Assembly: GCF_018977255.1 (NCBI RefSeq)
Contig: NW_024704743.1
Coordinates: forward strand, 9,116,001 to 9,180,000
DNA: 64,000 nucleotides
Direction: 5' to 3'
Origin: Callorhinchus milii
Lineage: Eukaryota
Shown here: positions 54,228 through 64,000 of the stretch, one piece after another
How the letters are laid out: each line of letters opens with the position of its first letter
Position numbering within the stretch: the first letter of the stretch is position 1
The notes under the pieces: generated by a model
What the model was told of the DNA's origin: nothing
Databases searched by the model: none
Seen by the model: the letters and a program-made list of their open reading frames with translations, nothing else
Program-made: the position numbers and the translations under genes

Positions 54228-54470
54228 CTTTGGGTCAGTTAAGAGACACTCTAGTGTGAAATGGAGCCAAGGTTCTATCTTTGCTCCCTGACTTCTGCTG
54301 AGTTAGCACATCTCAGCCAGGGTGGTCACTGGAGCTGGACTAGAGAGGGGAAAATTCAAATCACTTCCAAATGCCCACCACCATGCTGGAAAATGCAGGT
54401 GGGTGGATGTTGGATCAAAGGTCAAAACAAGATCAGGCACAGCTACAATTCCCTTAGGGTTGATTAGGCT
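54228..54470 (+). mobile_element. Third, older SINE-like family (related fragment at ~21315-21435)
   Basis: Motif tgctgagttagcacatctcagccaggg...gctggaaaatgc...gtggatgt...gatcaggcacagct resembles recalled chondrichthyan SINEs. Confidence 0.4.
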
Positions 54471-54479
54471 CACTTTCTG

Positions 54480-54843
54480 AATTAGCTCAGTTAGTAACAC
54501 TCTTGCTTTTGAGTCATAAGGTTGTGGGTTCAAGCCTTGTGTTGGGACTTTGAACTTATAATTCTAGGCTGACACTTCAATGCATTGGTGGAGGTGTCGT
54601 CCTTCTAATAAGATGTTAAACTTGTCAAACCATTTGCCTGTTCTGGTGGACGTTAAAGATCCCACGACACTATTCGATAAGAAAGGGAGTTTCTCCTAGT
54701 GCCTTAGACCCAGATAATTGGTTACTCACATCATGGCTGTTTATAGGATACTGCTGTGCACACTACACACTACAGTACATGAAGTGCTTTGAGATGCCTT
54801 CCTAATGTGAAAGACATTACATCAAATGCAAGGGTAATTATTT
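54480..54843 (+). mobile_element. Deu-SINE, full length
   Basis: Head gctcagttagtaacactcttgc...ggttcaagcc, core ggtggacgttaaagatccca, tail atcaaatgcaagg. Confidence 0.78.
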
Positions 54844-55659
54844 TCGGCTCAAACATGAAAATGAGTTATTACTTGGGAGCGTACGAAAGGGTGAGTGGGA
54901 TTCATGGACCTATATCCCAGAAAACAGTCAGCTCCTTCAGGAGTGAGGAGAGAAAATTGAAGGCAGAGAACTCACTTCTTTGTTCTAATTTCCTTTACTT
55001 TTCTTCTGTCTTTCTAAATGTCATTACTATTTTAAGCTCCAATTCAAAGGGTGAAAGTTGCCAAGAATTATATCCCTGCTCTCATCCCAAATAAATTCTC
55101 AAGGCAAATTAGAAGCTTTCACACACATTTTAAATGTAATCTCTTCACATCAAGAAAGGTATAGTCAAATATAGGCACAGAGGTGATTTAATGCTTACCC
55201 AAGGCATTGAAAACTAGACAAAGTTATGGGGTAAAAATTATGAACAGATTCAAGATTGAGAAAGATCTCAATTCCCAGTAAATTTCTAAAGACTGAACAA
55301 GTCAACCACTCCCCCACCTCTCAATTTGGCAAAAAAAATGTCAGCAGTGTTACTGCTCTCACCACCCCGCACAGTGTGTGATGGTTTCAGTGCCACTTCA
55401 ACAAAAATAACAGTTTACATTGATACAGAACATTTCACATTGGGATGATATCTCAAAGCACTTCACACAGCTGCATGGAGCCCAAGCTGGAGGTGCAAAG
55501 GTTGAGGAGGGTGGGGGGAAGGGGGGAACGGAAAGGTAAGTGAGAGTGCAGCTGAAAAGGTAGGTCTTAAAATTGGGTTTGAAAAGTTTCTGCAGGCTTA
55601 ATGTTATTATTCAACTCAGTAAACTACCTAGGAGAATAGGCTTATAAATGTGAAGAATT

Positions 55660-56432
55660 TCAGCTTGACTCAGTTGGTCACGCTCTTGCCTCTGGGTGAG
55701 AGGGTTGTAGGTTCAAGTCCCACTCCCAGACGTGGAACTCAGAGTAAGACTCTAGGCTCACATAAGTTAGAGGTGCCGTACTTTGAGTGAGATGTAAAAC
55801 TGAGATCCTGTCTGCTTGTTCAGGTGGCAATTAAAGATCCCATGGCACTATTGTGCTTAATGGAGTCCTGTAGCTTGATGGTTAGAGCATTCGCCTCGCA
55901 GCAAGAGGACCTAGGTTTGATTCCCAGGTAGGGAGGAATATTGGGCAAGTTTCCTTTTTCCACACGCCTCTGTTTACCTAGCAGAAAGTAGGAAACCGAT
56001 TGTTAGTTGATTGGCAGATCGCTTTTCTGGGGTAATAATCCCTTAAGAAAATAATAATAATAATTTGGTCACTCAATCCACAACTGTTTGTGGGACCCTG
56101 CTGTGCACAATTGGCCTCCGTATTTCGCCCAGAAAATATACAGTCAATTCACTTTACAGTATATTCTGTGAAGTGTTTTGAGACGTCTGGAAGACATGAT
56201 AAGGCACTATATCAAATGCAAGGATTTCTATTATTATTATTATTGGAAAAGAGAAGGAAGTTTCTCCTGGTGTACTGGCCAACAATCCCCCAGATAAAAA
56301 ATGGTCATTCACTTCATGTCTGTTTGTGGGGCATTGCTGTGTGAAAAGGACTATTAGTGCCATATTAGTCTAGAAATACAAACTGAATACGCTTTACAAT
56401 AATTACCTTCAAAGCACTTTGAAATGTTTCGA
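55660..56432 (+). mobile_element. Deu-SINE with nested long-form SINE-A (55861-56244)
   Basis: The host core is split at catggcactatt|gaaaagag. Confidence 0.85.
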
Positions 56433-57238
56433 TAAGAGCTAACTTTCTGCAGTCGAACGTCAACAATATTGAGGCCCTCCTGATTGGCCCTCACCTCACA
56501 GCATCACCATCCATGGATGCACACTTTACCTTACTAAGCCAGTTGGAACCTTGGCCTCAACTATCCTTTCTACCCCACATCCATGCCATGACTCACTCTA
56601 CCTTCCACCACATCCGCAACATCGTCCGGCTTCGCCACTGTCTCACTCCGCAGGCCGCCAAAACTCTCATACGTGCATTTATAACATCCAGGCTTGACTA
56701 TGCAAACTCCTTGCTTGTCAGCCTCCCCAACTCCTCCCTCCATAGGCTGCAGATCATCCAGAACTCTGCAGCCCATGTCCTCTCCCGCACCAGGCTCCGT
56801 GACCCTAACACCCCCATCCTTGCCCAACTCCTCTGGCTTCCTATTACACAGAGGATACAATTCAAGATCCTGGTCCTCACCTTCAAAGCCCTCCATGGCC
56901 TTGCTCCCCCCTACCTCTGCGACCTCCTACCATCCTGCCCACTCTCTCTGCTCAACGGGTTGCGGCCTGCTTCACATCCCCCGCCTCGTCCGCCCCACCA
57001 TTCTGCTACTCTGCCCCTACCTTCTGGAACTCTATCCAGCAGTCCCTCCGCCTCGCCCCCTCCCTTGCCTACTTCAAGCCCCATCTCAAGACCCTCCTAT
57101 TCAACCGTGCTTTCAATCACCGTGCTTCCCCCCGCCATCCACTCTCCCCAATCCTGACCCCCAGCTCGGGTCTGAAACACTGACCGTCCTCCCAATGCGA
57201 AAGGCGCTTTACAACTATAATTTTGTTGTTGTTGTTGT
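56433..57238 (+). mobile_element. L2 LINE 3' fragment
   Basis: ORF 56513-57157: HHIRNIVRLRHCLT...AFITSRLDYANSLL...LQIIQNSAA...LLWLPITQRIQFKILVLTFKALHGLAPPYL; (GTT)n tail. Confidence 0.92.
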
Positions 57239-58261
57239 TAAAAAAACAATAATAATAATTTGGTCACTCAATTCATGACTGTTGGAAGACATGATAAGCT
57301 GCTATATCAAAATACAAGGATTATTATTATTATTAGAAAAGAGAATGAAGTTTCTCTTGGTGTACTGGCCTGTACTGGTGTACAATACCCCAGATAAAAA
57401 TTGGTCATTCACTTTGTGGCTGTTTGTGTGGCATTGCTGTGTGAAAAGTGGCTGCCATATTAGTCTAGAAATACAAAGTCACTACGCTTTACAGTAATTA
57501 CCTGTAAAGCACTTTGAGATGTTTTGACATTAAAGGTTCCAAATCAAGCTTTAGGGTTAAGAGATCGTGAGGCAATTTTCAGAGACAAATTGTTCTATGA
57601 AGTTCTTTTTAATCTATGCTTTGTTGGTGTACAATAATGTTAAGGGCAATTAAAAGATTCTTCATTGAATAACATTTCTCCTCATCAAGCTTTAATCTCA
57701 TGTAAATGTTTGACTAATTGTATTATAGCACAGTAAATGTTTACAATGTGAATGCTGACTGGATGTTCTCATGACAGTGAATTAAAGACATGTGCTAACA
57801 AGTGGAGAGCACACTAACTCAGTCAGCACCCATTTCTTCTATGAAGAAATCTAAGAACCACACTTGAAATGTCACATGGCTAATGTGGCGAAAACAAGGC
57901 TGACCGATTTCAGAGTGACAAACAAGATTAGATACATTTATAGACCTGGTTCATCAAAGCCATCTAAAACACACTGGCATATTCAATACACACTGAGGCA
58001 GTCAGGTGGAGAAGTTAACCGTATATTCCATTTCATCTAAATAAGATTGAAAATGTAATCAAGGATTTCTTTTGCAGAACTGAGTAAAACATAACACTGC
58101 GATATTTACCATAATCACTCAAAATGTAATTACAATATTAAATTGCGAGGGTAATATACCTATATTGTGTTTGTATTAGGTTTACAATGGGAAATGCTTT
58201 CCAATCTGCCAAGGCTTTAGTTAAAACGATGAAGCCCAAAGATTCAATTTATTAACTACTG

Positions 58262-58591
58262 TAATAATAATAATAATAATAATAATCCTTGCATTTGATA
58301 TAGCGCTTTTCACGTCGGGAGGACGTCCCAAAGCGCTTCACAGAATATACTGTAAAGTGAGTTGACTGTATATTTGTGGGCGAACGCGGCAGCCAATTGC
58401 GCACAGCAATGTCCCACAAACAGTCATAGATTGAAAATGACCAATTTAATTATTGTTTTTGTTTTTTGGAGGGATTATTATTAGGTGTGTGGAGTAAGGA
58501 AACTTGCCCAAGGTTTCACCCTCTGCCTGGAATTGAACTCAGGTCTCTCGCTTGCAAAGCGAGTGCTTTAACCACTGAGCTACAGGACTCC
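58262..58591 (-). mobile_element. SINE-A, young full-length copy
   Basis: Intact head, long (AAT)n tail, CpGs retained. Confidence 0.92.
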
Positions 58592-60107
58592 ACGACTGTA
58601 GTTTGCTGATTCTCAACGGTTCCTTTTTATTATTGTAAATGACTTGGGTGAACAGCATCCAGAACAAAAGGAAATAGTGAGACTCTAAGGGAGAAGAGGC
58701 TTAAAAATGAGAATAGCTACAATGTTTAATACTGTTCAGTCTAACCCATGGCATTTTGCTCCAGTGTAAGAACAATGCTGTTCATCACAGGAAGTCACTG
58801 TCAGAAGTGCTTCATCTACACAGAAGAGATAACAACAACAAATTACATTTATGTAGCGCCTTTTATGTCGGAGGACATCCCAAGGCACTGATATAGACTG
58901 ATATAGAGATAAACGCTTAATAATTGCAGCCATCAAATTTTAAGCTGCAACTCTGAAGCAGCTCCAAGTCTGCCTGGCCCATTTCATTCATTGTTTAGTT
59001 AAAACCTTGATATTAGATTTCCCAGTCTCTTAAAATACGTGTTCAGGGTTTCCACTTAAACAACCTGTTTGAAACAGGTTAGAGTGATAGTTGGGGAGTT
59101 ATAATCTGCGCGTGACTCCTCTGCTGCCACTGTTACTGGTATAAATGGATGTGAGTGTCACGTATAATTGAGAGGGAAGCTTAGTCCAGGTCCAGGAATC
59201 TCCATGGGAACCATCAATGCTGCTCCTTGGTGTCTGAAAACAAACGCACCTCAGCGATATAGGCCAATTGTTCTGCCAATCATGACAACCTTTCTCCTCC
59301 CTCCAAATGGAAAGTCAAAGCAAATTTTAACCCACGGTATTTTAAAAATGTTAAATTACAAATTTCTATTCAAATTTATACCTTTTAAAGTCAATTAGAA
59401 GAGACAGCCATTGGACATACTACTCTGTACTAGGAACTATTAGCCCTTCCCAATTTGGATTTGAAGAAACAATCATTGTCTTTTGTATAAAATACTTCAT
59501 TTTATACAGTATTTTTGCCTCATGGGAGATCCACAATTTTTTGGCTCTCCGGCTTCCTTTCTCAAGCCTCTGGCGATGTCAGTGATGGGGAATGTCCATG
59601 TGTAACCTGGACAGGCTCATTTTACTTGCAGCTCGGGTGATTCATCCTGAGGCACCTCACCCTGAAACCCTGAGCTTGTAGCAGTACTCACTCAGTCAGC
59701 AGCTGAAGTCAGAAGCATCAATACATTTAAGAGAAAAAAAACTTGTTGCACACATTCACCTACAAAGCACACAGTCACTTTGACTTTACAAAAAATCCTT
59801 TGTGGCACTTTGGGCCGTACTCCTGGGGTAAAAAGTGCTATACCAAATGCAAAAATTATTATTTTATGATTACATGAGGTAGAAGGGAATAGTGTGTGAA
59901 AGTAGGCTGGAGGAGTGGTGGGATAAGGATGGTTGGAGGCTCATATGAGGTCTTAACACCGGGACTTGCAGAATAACCTGTGTCTGTGCTGCACATTCCA
60001 TGCAATTGTGCATGATTGAGTGTTCCATTTGAAATTAGAAAATGAGTGCTGAGGGGCATCAGAGCACAGCTGCTCGTGTACACACAAACACACTCATCCA
60101 CATGCGC

Positions 60108-60450
60108 ACAACAACAAATTGCATTGATACAGCACCTTTCTCATCGGAGGATGTCCCAAGGTGCTGGATGGTTGATGATTTGCACTCCAGCTGGGGGTTG
60201 GATTCGAGAGGAGTGGAAGCCAAAGTGGGGTAAGATCATGGCAAGAAGGCGCGGTCAAAGAAGGTCTTGAGATGGACCTAGAAGGGGGCAAGGGACTGGG
60301 CAAAGCAAAGGGACTCCAGGAATTCCAGAGGGTGGGGGCTGAATGCCTGACCATTCATAGTAGGGCGGAGACATGAAGCAGGCCCTGCTTGATGAGCAAA
60401 GGAAGTGGGCAGGTTGGTAGGGTTTTAATAGGGCATGGAGATAGGGTGTT
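60108..60450 (-). mobile_element. L2 LINE 3' fragment
   Basis: PYL..LLKPYQPA, SAPTLWNS; tail. Confidence 0.8.
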
Positions 60451-60561
60451 GAAATCATTATGACTTTATTTATGGCTTTTTGGCATCATTATGAATCACC
60501 AGCATCTGAGCTCAACTTGGCTCCTATTAACTACAGCAACATACCTCTCTCAGCCCCCTTA

Positions 60562-60853
60562 TAATAAATAATCATTGCATTTGCTATAGCACCTTACCAC
60601 ATCATCGAGATATCTCAAAGTGCTTCACAAGGGAGTGAAGTGTAATGACTGTGTAGGCAAACGTGGCAGACACTGGGAGAAACTCCTTTCACTTTTCAAG
60701 CAGTGCCAAAGGAACTTTAACATCCATCTGAACAACCACACCTCCCCAACACTGTATTGTAGCAGCAGCCTAGAATGAGCTCAAAGTTCTAATGTGGGGT
60801 TTGAACTCTTAATCCTTCAAATCAGGAAGTGAGAGCACTACCAACTGAGCCAC
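60562..60853 (-). mobile_element. Deu-SINE with internal deletions
   Basis: Tail, core actttaacatccatctgaac and head gagagcactaccaactgagcc. Confidence 0.65.
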
Positions 60854-62420
60854 CATAACACCATCCTTCACTCCTTTCCCATCCCCAAACTGATTTGGCC
60901 ACGTTTTCCTAGATCAGTTACATGTCCCATCAGTCTAAATCTTCATTTCCTAATTAAAAAACACACAAATAACCTTGAGTTTCATGCACGCCCATCACCA
61001 TTTCCAGTTCAGTTTTTCCAATCAGCCTTCTGAGACTTCATGGCCCAAAAGCAATAAAGCCTTGCAGCTTAAAAGCCCCAATTTGTCACACATGCAGATA
61101 CAATGCACAGCAAATACTTTCTCAACTATCGGATTCAACTTTAAGTAGTAACAGACTGCATGCTGCATATTTCCTTATCCTTTTATCTTAAGTCGATCAG
61201 AAAGAAAGATTGAAGATAAAAATATTTCCTTTGAGTGTAAGGTTTTTTATTGTCAAGCTTTAGCTCAAAAAGACTTGGCATTAAATGAGATTTGTTATGT
61301 AACCACTTATTACCCCCAACCCCCAAAAATTATGATAAACCAGGATCTATACTTTGAAGTTGAATAATGAACCATTTCACTCTATAATTCCTGGATTGCA
61401 CTCCAAATTTATCTCTTTTCTAACACACAAATTTCATTCTGAAAGAAATTATTGATGGGTGGGGGTGCGAGGTGTAGGATTAGTGCAAGTAGGAATTTGT
61501 ATTTTTTTTTGATAGGCACAATGCCAGATAATCAAATCTGTTAAGAAACATGGCAATTTCCAATCGATTACAAACATTTAGCTGTTATTATGATCTCTCC
61601 ACTTCTCTGCACAATGGGTTGGGCTCCTGAAGGATGGCTGAAAATCTCAGCATCGCTATCATCGTTGCTGACCACAGCAATCTTTGGAACTGGCAATCTG
61701 TTTTGGATATTTGACAATGTGCCATATATCTGTTAGTAAACATCACAATTTTTGCTCTCAACAGATTTTACTATAAAATACAGTAATAATCTCTCCATTT
61801 GCCTTTCACACCAGGAAGACGTCTCAAAAGGCTTTAAAGGATCTACTGTAAAGTGCAGTGACCATTTTGCAGGTGAATGCAGCAGCCAATTTATACACAG
61901 CAATATCCAACAAACAACCATGAAGTGAATTACCAATTTTATTTGGATGGATTGTTGGCCAGGACACCGGGGGGACTTCCCTTCTCTTTTTGAGTAATGA
62001 CATAGTTTTGAGTAATGACATGTTAATTTCAGACAAGAGCTCGGTTTAATGTCAAATCCAAAGGTCAAATACTTGTTCTTGTTCCTCCTCGCTGCCCGCT
62101 CAAACCAGTCGTTATACAAATGTAATTTGTTGTTGTTGTCAGACTTTTTAAATACCTGTTTAGAAAGTTCACCATCGAAATAATAATGATCCTTGCATTT
62201 GATACAGAACTTTATCACGTCTTCAAGAAGTCTCAGAGCGCTTCACAGAATACACTGTAAAGTGAACTGACCGTATATTTTGAGCAAAAGAACTGCTATT
62301 TGCCTGCTGCCCAACGCCACTCCAATTCCGACAGCAAAAGAGAACAGGAGAAATAAAGCTACTGTCAGGTATAATACACGGCTTTGCTGGAACCATAAGT
62401 GCACTTTACACATTATGTGT

Positions 62421-62640
62421 AATAATAATCCCTCCAAAACCAATACCAAAACCAATAATAAAATTGGTCATTTTTAATCTACGACTGTTTGTGGGACATT
62501 GCTGTGCGCAATTGGCTGCCGCGTTCGCCCACAAATATACAGTCAATTCACTTTACAGTGTGTTCTGTGAAGCGCTTTGGGACGTCCTTCCGACGTGAAA
62601 AGCGCTATATCAAATGCAAGGATTATTTATTATTATTATA
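62421..62640 (+). mobile_element. SINE-A, young 5'-truncated copy inserted into one arm of an inverted duplication
   Basis: Near-identical to 32531-32733; the empty site is visible in the 63707-63952 arm. Confidence 0.9.
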
Positions 62641-62766
62641 CGTATAAAATTGACAGAACAGATATTGGTGGCCAACATGGGAAGCATTAAGATTCAGTCC
62701 ACTTCACCATTAATTTTCACCACCTCCTTTTCCGTTTATTTTCCTCTTCCAGTTAAGTGTGAATAT

Positions 62767-63076
62767 AATAATAATAATCCTTGCATTTTGATATAGCACT
62801 TTTCAAGTCTTCTAGACGTCTCAAACCGCTTCACAGAATATACTGTAAAGTGAATTGACTGTATATTTGTGGGCGAAACGCGGCTGCCAATTGTGCACAG
62901 CAGTGTCCCACAAACAGTCATGGATTGAAAATGACCAAAATATTATTGTTTTGTTTTTTGGAGGGATTATTATTAGGCTCTGTGTGGAGTAAGGATTTCG
63001 CCCAAGGTTTCGCCCTGCCTGGAATTGAACTCAGGTCTCTCACTTGCAAGGCAAGTGCTCTAACCACTGAGCTACA
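62767..63076 (-). mobile_element. SINE-A, nearly full length
   Basis: Tail at 62767 and head to ~63076. Confidence 0.88.
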
Positions 63077-64000
63077 GTGATCTACCACAATGAAGATCGT
63101 TGAAGAGCAGAGAACCCAGAGTCCTCTGCTCTTCATTTTTATTTTTCTCCTTGCTTCCTTCCTTCTATTGACTACTTTCTATTGTGTCATTCCCATATCA
63201 GTTTCCTTCCGTCTGTATTTCCATTGTTTCTTTTCTTGGTTATTACTCTCAATGGTTTACCATTTTCCAATTATTCTGTCATCAGTTTCAATTGTATTTT
63301 TTTTCCTGTTCTGTTGGTCTCAGTTTTTTTTCTTTCTATCTTCACTCCTGTCCATATGTAAAAGAATACAAATCTAAACGGGGAGAAATTCCACCTGGGT
63401 CTAGATTTAAGGTAGTATTTTGGAGCCTCCAGAATTTGGCTTAAATACAGCATCACCACCTTGTATTTATATAGCGCCCTTCACACACAGGGTATGTCTT
63501 GGAGTGCTTTACAGGGTTTACAGGTTGGACACCAAGCAACAAAGAAGGGAGGTGGCCATGGACTTCATTCTGAAGTTATCTTTTTCTACGTTTATTTAAA
63601 GAATTACAGAAACTGGCTTCAAAGTTAAGACGGAAATCAAGATGTGCAAAATTCTGGACATTCTAACATATAGAATAATAATAATAATCCTTGCATTTGA
63701 TAGAGTGGAAAAGGAGGTGGTAAAAATTAATGGTGAAGTGGACTGAATCTTAATGCTTCCCAAGTTGACCACCAATATCTGTTCTGTCACTTTTATATGC
63801 AATGTGTAAAGTGCACTTGTGGTTCCAGCAAAGCCATGTATTATACCTGACGGTAGCTTTATTTCTCCTTTTCTCTCTTGCTGTCGGAATTGAAGTGGCA
63901 TTGGGCAGCAGGCAGATAGCAGCTTTTTTGCTCAAAATATACAGTCAATTCATGTAGGGAAGATTGTCTTAACAGCATTTACTGTAAAGTGGAGTGACTG

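Larger units (their letters stand above)
62263..63952. repeat. Inverted duplication of ~245 bp (arms 62263-62733 including the SINE insert, and 63707-63952)
   Basis: The arms are reverse complements with scattered substitutions; also visible as paired ORF translations (MSKRTAICLLPNAT... and MSKKAAICLLPNAT...). Confidence 0.95.
18673..64000 (-). other. PARD3: Upstream PARD3 intron (>45 kb, continues past the window end)
   Basis: The expected preceding exon (...KKGMLKGLGDMFR) was not found by eye; the region is repeat-rich and noncoding. Confidence 0.65.

Noticed and set aside
56513..57157. Longest ORF (214 aa) as a novel gene
   Set aside because: It is a frameshifted L2 ORF2 C-terminal fragment.
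59480..59570. Alternative terminal exon of the short PARD3 isoform (SLAKLKPEKR-like)
   Set aside because: Only vague nucleotide resemblance; the frame does not give the peptide and the polypyrimidine tract is poor.
63090..63460. Purine-rich minus-strand tract as the lysine-rich upstream PARD3 exon
   Set aside because: It contains stops, and has no KGMLKGLGDMFR match or suitable splice sites.

Overview
Vertebrate nuclear DNA, most likely from a cartilaginous fish and possibly a chimaera; this is inferred from the repeat families, not proven. The whole window lies inside the C-terminal half of a minus-strand PARD3 (Par-3 polarity scaffold) gene. Only two coding exons are present: 18550-18672 (FGKYRKDEK...EEERIRMQQEQER) and 6581-6844 ([18 protein letters not shown]...[17 protein letters not shown]). 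Both have canonical AG/GT ends and both are symmetric phase 2-2. The rest is intron dense in retroelements: an old Deu-domain SINE family, a young tRNA-Ala-headed SINE sharing its 3' half, L2 and CR1 LINE fragments, an RTE-like remnant, and Penelope-type inverted repeats carrying minimal hammerhead ribozyme motifs. The most unusual signals are local templated rearrangements at SINE/L2 junctions: a near-perfect 75-bp-arm hairpin, a ~245-bp inverted duplication and a ~390-bp direct duplication flanking an L2. Also notable are a covarying 3' stem-loop shared by the SINEs and L2, and a CpG-rich promoter-like insert inside a CR1. No prokaryotic system, CRISPR array or intact novel ORF is supported. 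Repeat boundaries were read by eye and are approximate.
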